In this document: positions 21,308 through 32,484 of the stretch, piece by piece | Position numbering within the stretch: the stretch's first letter is position 1 | Layout of the letters: every line of letters begins with the position of its first letter | DNA from: Gemmatimonadaceae bacterium | GTDB taxonomy: Bacteria; Gemmatimonadota; Gemmatimonadetes; Gemmatimonadales; Gemmatimonadaceae | DNA: 64,000 nucleotides | NCBI GenBank assembly: GCA_051859245.1 | Contig: JBHYGA010000001.1 | Coordinates: forward strand, 1,597,722-1,661,721 | Reading direction: 5' to 3' | Position numbers and translations under genes: made by a program | Notes under the pieces: model-generated | Databases searched by the model: none | Seen by the model: only the letters and a program-made list of their open reading frames with translations | What the model was told of the DNA's origin: nothing

Positions 21308-23632
21308 TCAGACAGTGGTGGGCGTCGTCGAAGCGCCGTCCGCAGTTGCTGCGGCGTCGCCATTCATGATGCCCGGAATGGTGTCGTGAAACGCGCGAGC
21401 CAGCGGTGCGATTGCCGAGTGCGCCGATACAGCGCCGATAAGGAAGTCTACACCCTCGCTGGCGTCAGTCACTCGACCGAGCACCTGGGCGGGCACGCCA
21501 TGAGTGCGCGCAGCGGCCAACACGGCCTCCGGCGACGATGTACTGATCACCACACGCGCCTGGGCTTCACCGAAGAGCAATGCACGCAACGGCAGATCGG
21601 ACCATGGCGTGAGATCGACCGAGAATCCAAGTGCATGCTCACGCCGCATCATCGCACACTCGGCGAGCGCAACGGCCAGGCCGCCATCGCTGCAATCGTG
21701 TGCGCTCTTTACGTGCCCCGCCCGAATCGCATCGAGCAGCGCATCAATCAAGCGGCCTTCCACCGCGGGATCGCACGCCGGCGGGGCGCCAATCGCGAGA
21801 CCGTGCACACGCTGCAAATACTCACTGGCACCAAGCTCCGCGGTGTTTTCACCGAACAACACAATGCTGTCACCAGCGTGCTGGAACGCCGACGGGGTCG
21901 CGTGGTCGAGCGAGTCGAGCACACCAACCATGCCGATCGTTGGCGTGGGGTAAATCGCGCCCTGCGGATTTTCATTGTACAGCGACACATTGCCGCCGGT
22001 CACCGGCGTCTCAAGCGTGCGGCACGCGTCGCCCATGCCACCAACGGCTTCCTTCAACTGGAAGTACACTTCCGGTCGTGTCGGATTGCCGAAGTTCAGG
22101 TTGTTGGTAATGGCGCGCGGGCGTGCACCACTGCACGCCACATTGCGTGCCGCTTCACACACGGCGATGCGACCGCCAACACGCGGATCGAGTGCTACAT
22201 AGCGGCCGTTGCCATCGATACACAACGCGATCGCCGCGTCCGTGCCACGCAAACGCACAATCGCGGCGTCGCTGCCCGGACCGGTAATGGTGCTCGTACG
22301 CACCATGGAATCGTACTGACGCCACACCCACGCCTTGCTGCTGATGGTGGGCGAGGACAACAGCTGTTCCAACGTCCAGATCGGGTCCGCTTCTTCCGCC
22401 AAGGGCTCCACGTCGTGCGGATCACGCGCGCGTGCTGCGGCCAAGACTGGAGACTCTTTTGCCTCAATCACGTACGTGGGGCAATCGGTCACCAACTGAA
22501 TGCCCGGGAACTCCGCCACAACACGATCACCTTCAGTCACGCGATACACCGGCTCGGCGATCACCTCGCCGATCACCGCCGCTTCAAGGTCCCACCGCGC
22601 GAGGATCTCCTCCACCTGCTTTTCACGTCCTTTGTGCGCCACCACGAGCATGCGCTCCTGCGATTCGGACAGCAGAATCTCGTACGGCGTCATGCCTTCT
22701 TCGCGCACCGGCACCTTGGTCATGTCGATGGTGACGCCAACATCACCACGCGCCGCCATCTCGGCAGACGACGAGGTGAGTCCCGCGGCGCCCATGTCCT
22801 GAATAGCCACGATGTGCCCGCTCTTGATCAGTTCGAGCGACGCTTCCAGCAGCAGCTTCTCGGTGAACGGATCACCGACCTGCACGCGCGGACGTTTGGA
22901 CTCGCTCTCTTCGCTGAGGTCTTCACTGGCAAACGATGCGCCGTGAATGCCATCGCGACCGGTGCGCGCTCCAACGGCAATGATCGGATTGCCAACGCCC
23001 TCGGCAACCGCGCGAATCAGCTCCTCTTCGCGCAGCACGCCAACGCACATCGCGTTCACGAGCGGATTGCCTTCGTACGAGGGATCGAACATGACTTCGC
23101 CGCCAACGGTGGGCACGCCCACGCAGTTGCCGTAGTCACCAATACCTTTCACCACGCCGGCAAACAGATACCGCACGCGTGACGACGTGAGCGGACCAAA
23201 CCGCAGCGAGTTCAGCAGCGCAATCGGACGCGCGCCCATGGTGAACACATCGCGCAGAATACCGCCAACACCGGTGGCCGCGCCCTGATACGGTTCCACA
23301 GCGCTCGGATGATTGTGCGATTCGATCTTGAAGGCTACGGCAATGCCGTCTTTTACGGCAATCACGCCCGCGTTTTCGCCCGGCCCCTGCAGCACCCACG
23401 GCGCCTCTGTAGGAAGCGTGCGCAACAAAGGACGTGAATGTTTGTACGAGCAATGCTCGCTCCACAGCGCGCTCACGATGCCGAGTTCGGTGAACGTAGG
23501 AGTGCGACCGAGCATGGCGAGCACTTTCTCGTACTCCGACGGCGTGATGCCGTGTTCTTTGATCAGTGCGGGCGTAATCTCCGGATCGCCGGGTCGCGGC
23601 TGCACGTTCGATGGTGTCTTCACACTGCTCAT
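21308..23632 (-). CDS. purL: FGAM synthase subunit PurL
   Basis: [33 protein letters not shown] and SESQERM. Confidence 0.98.
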   Translation of the reverse strand: MSSVKTPSNVQPRPGDPEITPALIKEHGITPSEYEKVLAMLGRTPTFTELGIVSALWSEHCSYKHSRPLLRTLPTEAPWVLQGPGENAGVIAVKDGIAVAFKIESHNHPSAVEPYQGAATGVGGILRDVFTMGARPIALLNSLRFGPLTSSRVRYLFAGVVKGIGDYGNCVGVPTVGGEVMFDPSYEGNPLVNAMCVGVLREEELIRAVAEGVGNPIIAVGARTGRDGIHGASFASEDLSEESESKRPRVQVGDPFTEKLLLEASLELIKSGHIVAIQDMGAAGLTSSSAEMAARGDVGVTIDMTKVPVREEGMTPYEILLSESQERMLVVAHKGREKQVEEILARWDLEAAVIGEVIAEPVYRVTEGDRVVAEFPGIQLVTDCPTYVIEAKESPVLAAARARDPHDVEPLAEEADPIWTLEQLLSSPTISSKAWVWRQYDSMVRTSTITGPGSDAAIVRLRGTDAAIALCIDGNGRYVALDPRVGGRIAVCEAARNVACSGARPRAITNNLNFGNPTRPEVYFQLKEAVGGMGDACRTLETPVTGGNVSLYNENPQGAIYPTPTIGMVGVLDSLDHATPSAFQHAGDSIVLFGENTAELGASEYLQRVHGLAIGAPPACDPAVEGRLIDALLDAIRAGHVKSAHDCSDGGLAVALAECAMMRREHALGFSVDLTPWSDLPLRALLFGEAQARVVISTSSPEAVLAAARTHGVPAQVLGRVTDASEGVDFLIGAVSAHSAIAPLARAFHDTIPGIMNGDAAATADGASTTPTTV

Positions 23633-24333
23633 GCGTTCACCTCGGCAAGCATGGCATCTGCGAGAGAGTGCAACAGAGGCAGTCCGTCGGCGGAACCGAT
23701 TCGCAAATCGACCGCGCGCTCCGGGTGCGGCATCATGCCAAGCACGTTGCCGGCCGCGTTGCGAATACCGGCAATGTTGCGCTGCGACTGATTGGGATTC
23801 GCTTCTTCTGTGACATGACCTGCGGCGTCGACGTAACGGAACACCACGTGTCCTTCACCTTCGAGGCGCTCCAGCGTGTCCGCGTCAGCCGTGTAGCGAC
23901 CGTCGCCGTGCGCCACGGGAATGCGAATCACCTGACCGATGTGGTACCGGGACGTAAACTGCGTGGCAATGCTCTCCACCCGCAGATGAACCTGATCGCA
24001 CACAAACTTGAGGCTGGCGTTGCGCAAGAGTGCGCCGGGAAGTAATCCGGCTTCACACGCGATCTGAAAGCCATTGCAGATGGCGAGGACCGGACCGCCA
24101 CGCGCGGCGTGCGCAACCACTTCCTGCATGATCGGGCTGAAGCGTGCGATCGCACCTGGGCGCAAGTAATCACCGTAGCTGAAGCCACCGGGAAGCACCA
24201 CCAGCTCGGCGCCCTGCAGATCATGCTCTTTGTGCCAGCAGTAGACGGCCTCTGCGCCCAGATGATCCGCGAACGCGTTGTACGCGTCCTCGTCGCAGTT
24301 GGAGCCTGGAAAGCGAACGATGCCGACCTTCAC
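23629..24333 (-). CDS. purQ: FGAM synthase glutaminase subunit PurQ
   Basis: [23 protein letters not shown] and GMMPHPER. Confidence 0.98.
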   Translation of the reverse strand: MKVGIVRFPGSNCDEDAYNAFADHLGAEAVYCWHKEHDLQGAELVVLPGGFSYGDYLRPGAIARFSPIMQEVVAHAARGGPVLAICNGFQIACEAGLLPGALLRNASLKFVCDQVHLRVESIATQFTSRYHIGQVIRIPVAHGDGRYTADADTLERLEGEGHVVFRYVDAAGHVTEEANPNQSQRNIAGIRNAAGNVLGMMPHPERAVDLRIGSADGLPLLHSLADAMLAEVNA

Positions 24334-24587
24334 GCGTGCTCCACCGAGTCAATGTGAAAGTCTTCCGTGACAGGATTCGCGAGCAGCTGCTCGCACATGC
24401 GCTTGACGGCGTCACGCGCGGCCTGCTCGTGCTCCGCATCGGTGTCGAGCACGAGATGACGGCCCACGCGCACATCGCCAACACTGGCGAAGCCAAGCGT
24501 GTGCAACGCATCCGAGACGGCCTTCCCCTGTGGGTCAAGAATGCCGCGACGCGGCACAATCTGAATGGCCACGCGGAATCGAGTCAT
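24330..24587 (-). CDS. purS: FGAM synthase subunit PurS
   Basis: ILDPQG, DVRVG and LLANPVTE; directly upstream of purQ. Confidence 0.96.
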   Translation of the reverse strand: MTRFRVAIQIVPRRGILDPQGKAVSDALHTLGFASVGDVRVGRHLVLDTDAEHEQAARDAVKRMCEQLLANPVTEDFHIDSVEHA

Positions 24588-24589
24588 GT

Positions 24590-25501
24590 TCAAGAATCCT
24601 TTCGGTCGCTGCGGCGACCGCTGTCAGAGCGGGAGTCACGCCGACGCGAACCGCGACGACGAAGTGGAGTCGAACTGGTTACGGCAACACCATCGGCGAC
24701 AAGCGCCACATCGTCACCATCATCATCGTCGTCCGACTGCGTCGGCAGACGATCGAGCAAACCCAGCAGTACGGTGCGGCCAATTCCGTACAACACGTAG
24801 CACATCAGGGCCGGGAAGAAAAACTGTTTGGGCAGGAAGATCACACCAACGAGCGTACCCACGACGAGCAACAGACCCAGCACGCCACGCCACGACTTGA
24901 GTCCAACCGTTGGTACGGCGGCATATTGCACATTGCTGATCATGAGCATGCCCAGGCCGAGCATGACCCAGCGCAACATCTGATGCCACGGCAAGCCACC
25001 GATCATCGTTTCCGTGTACAGCGGTGTCTGACTGAACCAGTAGTACGTGGCCAGCGTCATGCCCGCTGCAGGACTTGGCAAGCCGGTGAAGTGTGTCTTG
25101 GCGCGCCCAGCCTGCTCCACATTAAAGCGCGCCAGTCTGACGACGGCCGCCGCCGTGAACAGAAAACAGAAGATCCAGTCCCAGCCGGTGTTGTTCAGCA
25201 CGGCGAAATACATGATCAGCGCCGGCGCGAGGCCGAAGCTGATCGCGTCGACCAAGCTGTCCAACTCGGAGCCGAACTTGCTGCCACTTTTTGTCGCGCG
25301 CGCAATGCGACCGTCCAGCGTATCCGCGACCGCGCCAAACACGATGTAGCGCGCGGCACCATCGAAATCACCGCGTGACGCGGAGACGATCGCGAACACA
25401 CCGAAAAACAGATTGGCGAGCGTCAGCCCGTTCGGCAGGACAACGACTGCGCGACGACGTGGTCGTCCGGTGTTGCCTGCCGTGGTGCCGGGTTCAGTCA
25501 T
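24590..25501 (-). CDS. pssA: CDP-diacylglycerol--serine O-phosphatidyltransferase
   Basis: LPNGLT, DTLDGRIAR...G.ELDSLVD..SFG.APA, RLARFN and F.GLPSP. The ATG at 25501 overlaps the upstream TGA. Confidence 0.93.
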   Translation of the reverse strand: MTEPGTTAGNTGRPRRRAVVVLPNGLTLANLFFGVFAIVSASRGDFDGAARYIVFGAVADTLDGRIARATKSGSKFGSELDSLVDAISFGLAPALIMYFAVLNNTGWDWIFCFLFTAAAVVRLARFNVEQAGRAKTHFTGLPSPAAGMTLATYYWFSQTPLYTETMIGGLPWHQMLRWVMLGLGMLMISNVQYAAVPTVGLKSWRGVLGLLLVVGTLVGVIFLPKQFFFPALMCYVLYGIGRTVLLGLLDRLPTQSDDDDDGDDVALVADGVAVTSSTPLRRRGSRRRDSRSDSGRRSDRKDS

Positions 25502-25719
25502 CAGGCGCGCTCCAGCGGAAGAAGGACGGCGACATCGGCGTACGCCGTGACGGTCGTGCCGCGGAAGTACCAGGAGGCACACAGCGCCAGGATCAACAGC
25601 GAAAACGCGCCCAGCCAGAGCGGCCAGGACCGCAGCCGCAGTGCCGCAAGGAAAACCAGCGCCGCCAGCAGCGTAAGTCCAACCACGTACGCATAGCCTT
25701 CGGGCGCGAGTCCGTTCAC
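25501..25719 (-). pseudogene. psd: 72-aa two-TM ORF, probable truncated remnant of phosphatidylserine decarboxylase (N-terminal anchor only)
   Basis: Sits in the usual psd position before pssA. The pattern (A)PEG-TM-RSWPLW-TM-YFR resembles the N-terminus of short Psd proenzymes. The catalytic HVN and FGS motifs are absent. Confidence 0.62.
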
Positions 25720-26696
25720 GAGCGCTGCTCCTCACTCGCCGCGTTTACGGCGGCATCGATCGCGTTCGTATCGAGCGGTGCGCCTGACACGCGCGCGAAT
25801 GCGTCAAGGTATCGCGCGCTGGTCGCGGCAACGACCGATGCAGGCAAGGCAGGCCCAGGCGCGTCGCCGTTCCACCGACCCGCGCGGCGCTCTGCATCTA
25901 ACCAGTCGCGGAGCGGTTGTTTGTCGAAGCTGGGCTGACTCCGTCCTGGCGCATACTGATCCGCCGGCCAGAACCGAGACGAGTCGGGAGTGAGGACTTC
26001 ATCAATCAACAGGAGCTGGCCATGTCGTACACCAAACTCAAACTTTGTATCCGCCACAATGATTCCGCGCGGCGCAGCGGTCTCGCGTCCGAACTCGTAA
26101 ATCGCACGCGAGCTGCGCTCGAGCGCAGCACTCTGTTCGTCACCGAGTTGCGCCACAACTGAGGCGTACGTGATGTTTTCGTCGTGTCCGGTCTCCGCCT
26201 TGGTGGCGGGTGAGAACAGCGCCGGGTCCAGCCGGCTGCTCTCCAATAGTCCTGCCGGCAACGCTTCACCAGCAAGCGTACCCGTGGCCGAATATTCTTT
26301 CCACGCAGAGCCTGCGAGATAACCGCGCATCACGCACTCCACCGGAATCACATCGGTTCGCAAACACAACATGGCGCGTCCGACCAGCGTGTGCCGGTGG
26401 GACTGCAGTGCAGGAACCCGACGCGCAATCTCATCCGCGTCAGCGCTCACCATATGATGTGGCAGCGCGTCACCAAAGTGTGCCGACAACCGCGTGAGCC
26501 ACCACGCACTCAACTGCGTGAGCACCGCGCCTTTGTACGGAATGGGCGCGTCGAGCACCACATCAAACGCACTCACGCGATCGGTTGCGATCAGGAGCAC
26601 ATGCTCATCACCCACCGAGTACACATCTCGCACTTTGCCTCGACGCAGCAGCGGCAGAGGCAACGCCGTTTCGCGTACAGCTTCCGCCGTACTCAT
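25716..26696 (-). CDS. purC: SAICAR synthase
   Basis: [44 protein letters not shown] and SFDKQ. Confidence 0.97.
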   Translation of the reverse strand: MSTAEAVRETALPLPLLRRGKVRDVYSVGDEHVLLIATDRVSAFDVVLDAPIPYKGAVLTQLSAWWLTRLSAHFGDALPHHMVSADADEIARRVPALQSHRHTLVGRAMLCLRTDVIPVECVMRGYLAGSAWKEYSATGTLAGEALPAGLLESSRLDPALFSPATKAETGHDENITYASVVAQLGDEQSAALERSSRAIYEFGRETAAPRGIIVADTKFEFGVRHGQLLLIDEVLTPDSSRFWPADQYAPGRSQPSFDKQPLRDWLDAERRAGRWNGDAPGPALPASVVAATSARYLDAFARVSGAPLDTNAIDAAVNAASEEQRS

Positions 26697-28138
26697 ACGC
26701 GCACCTCGTCGTTCGCCGTATGCGAGGGGTGCGCGGCAAGCAGCGGCTCAATGACTTCCGCAAGAAAGTCATCCACCTGTTGTGGTGCACGCCCGGTAAA
26801 GCGAGACGGCTCGGCGAGCGCCTGCAAATCTTCAAGGGGAACACCAAACGTTTCGTCTGCCGCAAGGCGTTCAAGCATATCGTTACGCGGCGCGCCATCT
26901 TTCACGGCGCGCGCGGCGGCGATCGAATGACCGCGAATCGCCTCGTGCGCGATTTGCCGATCGCCACCGGCTCGGACTGCGCGCACAATGATTTCTTCAG
27001 TCGCCATGAACGGCAGTTCGTCGTCGACTCGGCGGCGAATGCGCGCCGGATGCACTTCGAGGCCGGCCACCACGTTGCGCAGCAGCACAAGAATCGCATC
27101 GGTCGCGAGGAACGATTCCGGAATGACCAATCGGCGATTCGCGGAATCATCAAGCGTGCGTTCGAAGTACTGCACCGCGTGTGTCTGATTCGCGTTGGGT
27201 TCAAGCGACAACACAAATCGAGCGAGTGCCGCAATTCGCTCCGAGCGCATGGGATTGCGCTTGTACGCCATGGCCGACGAACCAATCTGATCGCGCTCGA
27301 ACGGTTCTTCGATTTCTCCGAACGCCTGCAGCATGCGCATGTCGCCGGAAAACTTGGACGCACTCGATGCGACGCCGGCCACCACGCCGAGTACCTGCGC
27401 ATCAATCTTTCGGCTATAGGTCTGCCCGGTCACGGGAATCGATGCGTCAAATCCCATGGCCTTTGAGACGCGCCGATCAAGTTCCCGCACCCGTGCGTGA
27501 TCGCCGTCGAACAGCGACAGAAACGACGCCTGCGTACCGGTGGTGCCTTTCACGCCACGGAACGGCAGCGTGGCGATGCGATGATCAAGATCGGCAATGT
27601 CGAGCACCAGATCCTGCATCCAGAGCGTGGCGCGCTTGCCCACGGTCGTGAGCTGCGCCGGCTGCAAATGCGTGTAGCCAAGGCACGGCACATCACGATA
27701 CTGCCGCGCAAAGGCGGCGAGCGATCGCACCGACTCCACACACTTGTCGCGCAACAGCTCCATACCGCGTCGCATCAACACCAGTTCGGCGTTGTCCGTG
27801 ACGTAACAGCTGGTGGCGCCGAGATGAATGAACGGACGTGCTGAAGGCGCGACATCGGCGAAGGCATGCACGTGCGCCATGACATCATGTCGAAAGCGCT
27901 TTTCGTATTCGGCAACCGACGCAAAGTTAATGTCGTCGAGGTGCGTGCGCATTTCATTGATTGCCGCCTCGGGCAAATCGAGCCCGAGTTCGCGCTGCGC
28001 TTCGGCGAGCACCAGCCACAGGCGGCGCCACAGCCCGTAGCGCATTGACGGGCCCCACAACTCCAGCATGGCGCGCGACGCATACCGCTCGGAGAGCGGC
28101 GACGAATAGATCGAAGGTGCAGAAGTATCAGCGGACAC
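26693..28138 (-). CDS. purB: Adenylosuccinate lyase
   Basis: [24 protein letters not shown] and [11 protein letters not shown]. Start placed at the GTG at 28138. Confidence 0.96.
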   Translation of the reverse strand: MSADTSAPSIYSSPLSERYASRAMLELWGPSMRYGLWRRLWLVLAEAQRELGLDLPEAAINEMRTHLDDINFASVAEYEKRFRHDVMAHVHAFADVAPSARPFIHLGATSCYVTDNAELVLMRRGMELLRDKCVESVRSLAAFARQYRDVPCLGYTHLQPAQLTTVGKRATLWMQDLVLDIADLDHRIATLPFRGVKGTTGTQASFLSLFDGDHARVRELDRRVSKAMGFDASIPVTGQTYSRKIDAQVLGVVAGVASSASKFSGDMRMLQAFGEIEEPFERDQIGSSAMAYKRNPMRSERIAALARFVLSLEPNANQTHAVQYFERTLDDSANRRLVIPESFLATDAILVLLRNVVAGLEVHPARIRRRVDDELPFMATEEIIVRAVRAGGDRQIAHEAIRGHSIAAARAVKDGAPRNDMLERLAADETFGVPLEDLQALAEPSRFTGRAPQQVDDFLAEVIEPLLAAHPSHTANDEVRV

Positions 28139-29561
28139 GGAATGAAATCGGAGAATAGAGCCGTCCGTTGCGCTCGAACCACAGCTGCACAGGGCCGCGA
28201 GCGGCGTAGGCATCAATGGCGCGCGCCGCGAGATCGGCCGAAGTAATGGGAGTATTGCCGATCTGAACGATCACATCGCCAGCCTGCAATCCAAGCTCTG
28301 TTTGCAGCCGTTCAGACGTCCGAACGATCAACGCGCCGCCAGCGGACTGGATGCGCCGTTCAAGCCGAATTGCGGGAGTTACCGTGACGAGTTCCAGCTC
28401 GCGTAACACGGTCACACGCGGCGCGCTGACCTCGGGCACGTCCGCCACAGTCACCTGGAGCACGATTTCGCGCGTGCCACGTCGAACCGTCAGCGGAAAC
28501 GCCTCACCAACACGCAGTTCGAGCAAACGTGCTTCCCAGTCGAATGGATTACGCAGCGGCTTGTTGCCGGCGCGTACCAACACGTCGCCCGCTTGCACGC
28601 CCGCGCGTTCTGCGGGAGAGCCAGGCACGATACGTCCAACGGTTGGCACGGTGCGTACTGCGTCACGTGCGCTGTTTACTTCAGGCATGCGCAGCTGTAC
28701 ACCAACCCACGGCTGGCGCACCCGTCCGTGTGTGAGCAAGTCGCTCACAATGCGCATGGTGCGGTCAATCGGAATGGCGAACCCAAGTCCGATCGATCCT
28801 CCCGACGGTGAATAGATCGAACTGTTCACACCGATCACCGCGCCGTTTGCGTTCACGAGCGGTCCGCCCGAGTTACCCGGGTTGATGGCCGCATCGGTTT
28901 GCACCATGTCGAGATACACGCCGCCGCCTTCGCCGCGGGCCGTGATATTGCGACCCACCGCACTGATCACACCAACGGACACACTCGGTTCGCTATTGCC
29001 AAGCACAAAGCCGAATGGATTGCCAATGGCAATGCTCCACTCGCCCACGATCAGATCCGCCGACGTACCAAGCGGCGCCACCGGAAGGCCGGTCGCCTCA
29101 ATGCGCAGCACCGCCAGATCATTCTGCTCGTCTTCGCCGACCAACTTCGCTTCGTACGTCGTGCCATCGCGAAGCGCAACCGTGATGCTTGATGCGCCAC
29201 TGACGACATGCGCGTTCGTTACAATGACACCATCCGGGCTCACGATGAAGCCGGAACCAATACCCGCGCGCGCCCGCGAACCAGAGCGCCCACCGAACAT
29301 CTGTTCGAACATGTCAACAGGAACGCGTTCAACCGTTTCCGTTTGCACCGTGACCACAGCGGGCGCAACACGCTCGGCCGCAGTGGTAATCGCCGTTCGC
29401 CGCGATTGATCAATCGATTGCGCCGGGAGCGGCGCGCTGATCACGGGTGGTGGCGCAGTCTGTGTGGTTGACTGCGCGAGCGAATCGGCGGGGCTCGCGC
29501 CGACACATCCGGCCACAAGCAGCGCCACCGCACCAATCGCCGTCAGCCGCGCCACAATCAC
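28128..29561 (-). CDS. htrA: HtrA/DegP-type serine protease with two PDZ domains, probable lipoprotein
   Basis: Lipobox-like VAGC, GSGFIV, TNAHV, DLAVL and QTDAAINPGNSGGPL. Confidence 0.93.
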   Translation of the reverse strand: MIVARLTAIGAVALLVAGCVGASPADSLAQSTTQTAPPPVISAPLPAQSIDQSRRTAITTAAERVAPAVVTVQTETVERVPVDMFEQMFGGRSGSRARAGIGSGFIVSPDGVIVTNAHVVSGASSITVALRDGTTYEAKLVGEDEQNDLAVLRIEATGLPVAPLGTSADLIVGEWSIAIGNPFGFVLGNSEPSVSVGVISAVGRNITARGEGGGVYLDMVQTDAAINPGNSGGPLVNANGAVIGVNSSIYSPSGGSIGLGFAIPIDRTMRIVSDLLTHGRVRQPWVGVQLRMPEVNSARDAVRTVPTVGRIVPGSPAERAGVQAGDVLVRAGNKPLRNPFDWEARLLELRVGEAFPLTVRRGTREIVLQVTVADVPEVSAPRVTVLRELELVTVTPAIRLERRIQSAGGALIVRTSERLQTELGLQAGDVIVQIGNTPITSADLAARAIDAYAARGPVQLWFERNGRLYSPISFRVR

Positions 29562-30232
29562 AGCTCGCCTGCGCGCAAACGTTGTCCACCGGTGGGGCGA
29601 CGCTGTGCATCAGCCAGCGCCTGATCCGTGAACGGATAGGCAATCATTGCGCGCAGCGTGGACGCGCCAACCACCGCTGCGTCTGCACCTGCGGCGCCAC
29701 ACGCGGCCAGCGACGCGGAGCCCGACGGAAACAGTGCTACAAGCTCCGTTTCGAGCGTCGCTGCATCGAGCAGGTCGCGCGCGGTTTCAATCACACCCGC
29801 GCCGGCCCCGCTCATCGCGTCCAGTCGATCCACGTCGATCAGCACGAACGACGCGCCAGACTTGGCCGCGAACAACGCCTGCGCTGCCGTTCCAACAAAC
29901 GTCGCCGACACACGAATCCCGCCGGCGGCGAGTGATCGCATGAGCACCGCGTTGTCTTCGGTGAACGGTACCTGCAGCACCACATTGTCGGCAGCGCGTC
30001 CGAGGGCGCGTGCGTGATCAAGACCCGCAGCACCGTGTGACAGCGTGTCCGCCGCATCAACCAGCACGGGGAAGGGCACCGCGCGCGCAAACGAAGCCAG
30101 CCAACTGACAGCGGCTTCTTCGGTGGCGGCGCTCCGCAACGCGGCGTCCGGCAGAACAACACCGTCACACCAGCCGCGGGCCGTTGCCCACTGCACATCG
30201 TCGAGCGCGTCGGTCGCAAGAAAGAGCTTCAC
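29558..30232 (-). CDS. Transaldolase/FSA-family protein with degenerate active site
   Basis: Colinear with short transaldolases (MKLFL, DGV, NVVxxVP, GIRV..T, QALFAAKSGA.FV, RLD, GAD, YPFTD). The Schiff-base Lys, catalytic Asp and TTNP motif are all replaced. Confidence 0.8.
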   Translation of the reverse strand: MKLFLATDALDDVQWATARGWCDGVVLPDAALRSAATEEAAVSWLASFARAVPFPVLVDAADTLSHGAAGLDHARALGRAADNVVLQVPFTEDNAVLMRSLAAGGIRVSATFVGTAAQALFAAKSGASFVLIDVDRLDAMSGAGAGVIETARDLLDAATLETELVALFPSGSASLAACGAAGADAAVVGASTLRAMIAYPFTDQALADAQRRPTGGQRLRAGEL

Positions 30233-31014
30233 GTTGAAGAAAGATAAAGGGTCGCAGGGTAACGGACCTGCTCAAAGAACAATCCGTGGGCCGGGGCAGG
30301 CGACCCGGTCTTGCGATTGTCCGCGGCCAGGAGAAGTTCGGCGATCGTACCCTCGGGTCGCCGCCCGAGACCAACATCAACCAGCGTCCCCACCAGAAAA
30401 CGCACCATATGGTGGAGGAACCGGTTTGCTTCAATGTCAAACACCAATCCGCCGTCGCGATGACTCCACCGAGCCTGCAGAATGTCGCAGCGGTGGTCGT
30501 CCTCAGCGGGCGCGGTGCCAAGTACGGCGAACGCGCGAAAGGTGTGCTCCCCAAGGAGCGACTGCGACTCCCGGTTCATGGCGTCCACGTCGAGCGGCCG
30601 AGCCAGCGCCCACTCGGTACGACGCCGAAATGGCGACCAGGACGCGTTATCGGTGCCCACGAAATAGGCGTAGCGGCGACTTTCCGCGCTAAATCGCGGG
30701 TGAAAATCGGGGTGCATGGCGTGCGAGTCCGCAACCCAGACATCGGGCGGCAACTTGGAGTTGATTGCCCGGCGGATCACCTCAGCACTCCACGACGCAG
30801 ACACCCTCACCCCCACACCCTGACCGCGGGCGTGCACGCCGGCGTCGGTCCGACCGGCTCCTGTGGCCGTTACAGGGGCCCCGCACAGCGTGGCGAGCGC
30901 GCGCTCCATTTCGCCTTGCACCGTGCGCTCGCGCAGTTGTCGCTGCCAGCCGGCGAACGCCCCCCCGTCATAGTGGGTGACCAGCAAAAACGAGGCGTCA
31001 GAGGCAGAGTCCAT
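30229..31014 (-). CDS. truA: tRNA pseudouridine(38-40) synthase
   Basis: YDG..FAGWQRQ, GAGRTDAGVHA, FHPRF and FLHHMVR..VG. Confidence 0.96.
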   Translation of the reverse strand: MDSASDASFLLVTHYDGGAFAGWQRQLRERTVQGEMERALATLCGAPVTATGAGRTDAGVHARGQGVGVRVSASWSAEVIRRAINSKLPPDVWVADSHAMHPDFHPRFSAESRRYAYFVGTDNASWSPFRRRTEWALARPLDVDAMNRESQSLLGEHTFRAFAVLGTAPAEDDHRCDILQARWSHRDGGLVFDIEANRFLHHMVRFLVGTLVDVGLGRRPEGTIAELLLAADNRKTGSPAPAHGLFFEQVRYPATLYLSST

Positions 31015-31170
31015 GAGCCTCGAAAGATACGCTCTCGCAGACCCCCCTTCAAGCGACACGTGTGCGCCGTTCAGTCGTCCTAGGGCAGAGCGCTTGAGCA
31101 GTGGACGTTTGACAGGACATACACTCGCTTTCCACATTGCGCCGCTCCACTTCCCTCCGTCTTCCTGGTC

Positions 31171-32484
31171 ATGGCTCCACGCTCACTCGCCTCGCTCGCC
31201 CACGCCCTCGGCGCCACGTCAGACCTCGACGGAGCGTTGGTCGCGCTGTCCGAGTGTGTGGTGGAAATGGATCGCGGCGCGTCGCTGGCCCTGTTACGCT
31301 ACGACGGACGGCAGGAAATGCTGCGCGAACGACTCACCCCGATCATGGGTCGCGTCGAACGTGCACAGGTTGAAACAACCTTCGATCACTTGCCGGCGCC
31401 CGTCCGCATGAAGGTGGCAGCGGGTGGTCAGTTTGTGGATATGGCGGAACGCTCGTCCGAATACGCACGACTGTTCGGCTTTACGCACGCCTTGGATGGC
31501 GGTGTGTTGGCCCTCCGTGGATTGCGTGTGGAGGGCTATCTCGCGGCGGTTCTGGTGCTCTACGAGCCTCGCAAGATTTTCGGCACGCGCACCACCGAGC
31601 GTCTGGCGCCCGCACTCGCGCTGTTTGATCTCGCCTTTGGCCGTCTCTCGGAGCGGGAAGCGCGCGAAGAGGCCGTTCGCACACTCGAGGATGTCACGCA
31701 ACGCGTGCACGGCGAATACGTGCGCAAGCTGCGCGCGCTGGAAACAGAACTGCGTGACGCGCGCAATACCACACCAAGTGGCGTGCCCATGATTTCGGCC
31801 GCCGAAGCAGTGGCGCTGCAGGCGGAGTCAGCGCGTGCCGATGAAGACGTGCGTCGTGCGACACGCAAGGCCGATCTGGCGGAGCAACAACTCATGTCGG
31901 CCGTTGGACAGCTGGAAACGGCGCACGTCGAACTGCACCGTCGCAGCGAGGCGTTGCGCCAGCGCACGCGAACCTTGTACCTGCTGGATCGTGTCCTCAC
32001 GCTCGATGCCGGCACGGAAAGCCCGCAGGAACTGGTAGACGGGTTGCTCGCCCTTGTTGGCGATGACATGCAGGCGCAGCGTTGTTCGCTCATGCTCATC
32101 GCGCCAGAGCCGGATCATTTATACCTCGCAGCCGGGCGCGGGCTCGCGCCGCACGTGACGCTCGGCTTGCGCACGCGCATCGGTGAAGGTGTCTCGGGCC
32201 GCGTAGCGGCGGCTCGGGAACCGCTGCTGGTACAAGATGTTTCACAAGCCGACCGACACCCGTTGCTGCGCGATCAGTATTTTACGACTGGCAGCTTTAT
32301 CAGCTTTCCCCTTGTGTATCACAACGAGCTTGTTGGTGTTGTGAACCTGACCAATCGCGCCAAGCTTGGTGTGTATTCAGAGGAAGACGTGGAACGTGTG
32401 CGAATTCTGGCGCTTGTGATTTCGCTGGTGGCGTGGAACGCGCAGCTCGCGGATCGACTCGTCGTGGCACTCAATGCCGATTGA
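31171..32484 (+). CDS. GAF-like domain, coiled coil and GAF domain protein with no output domain
   Basis: C-terminal GAF (RCSLML..GEGVSGRVA..EPLLV.DV..SFISFPL..LVGVVNL..YSEED), a central heptad-rich helix and a degenerate N-terminal GAF; overlaps trpD by 11 nt. Confidence 0.78.
   Translation: MAPRSLASLAHALGATSDLDGALVALSECVVEMDRGASLALLRYDGRQEMLRERLTPIMGRVERAQVETTFDHLPAPVRMKVAAGGQFVDMAERSSEYARLFGFTHALDGGVLALRGLRVEGYLAAVLVLYEPRKIFGTRTTERLAPALALFDLAFGRLSEREAREEAVRTLEDVTQRVHGEYVRKLRALETELRDARNTTPSGVPMISAAEAVALQAESARADEDVRRATRKADLAEQQLMSAVGQLETAHVELHRRSEALRQRTRTLYLLDRVLTLDAGTESPQELVDGLLALVGDDMQAQRCSLMLIAPEPDHLYLAAGRGLAPHVTLGLRTRIGEGVSGRVAAAREPLLVQDVSQADRHPLLRDQYFTTGSFISFPLVYHNELVGVVNLTNRAKLGVYSEEDVERVRILALVISLVAWNAQLADRLVVALNAD

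Noticed and set aside
21386..23182. 598-aa plus-strand ORF, and similar long antisense ORFs at 9919-11010, 17095-18108, 35770-36963, 46098-47246 and 58855-59991
   Set aside because: They mirror well-conserved genes (purL, guaA, ppdK, trpB, aspS/phoH, atuA) and have no motifs; such shadow ORFs are expected from GC-rich codon bias.
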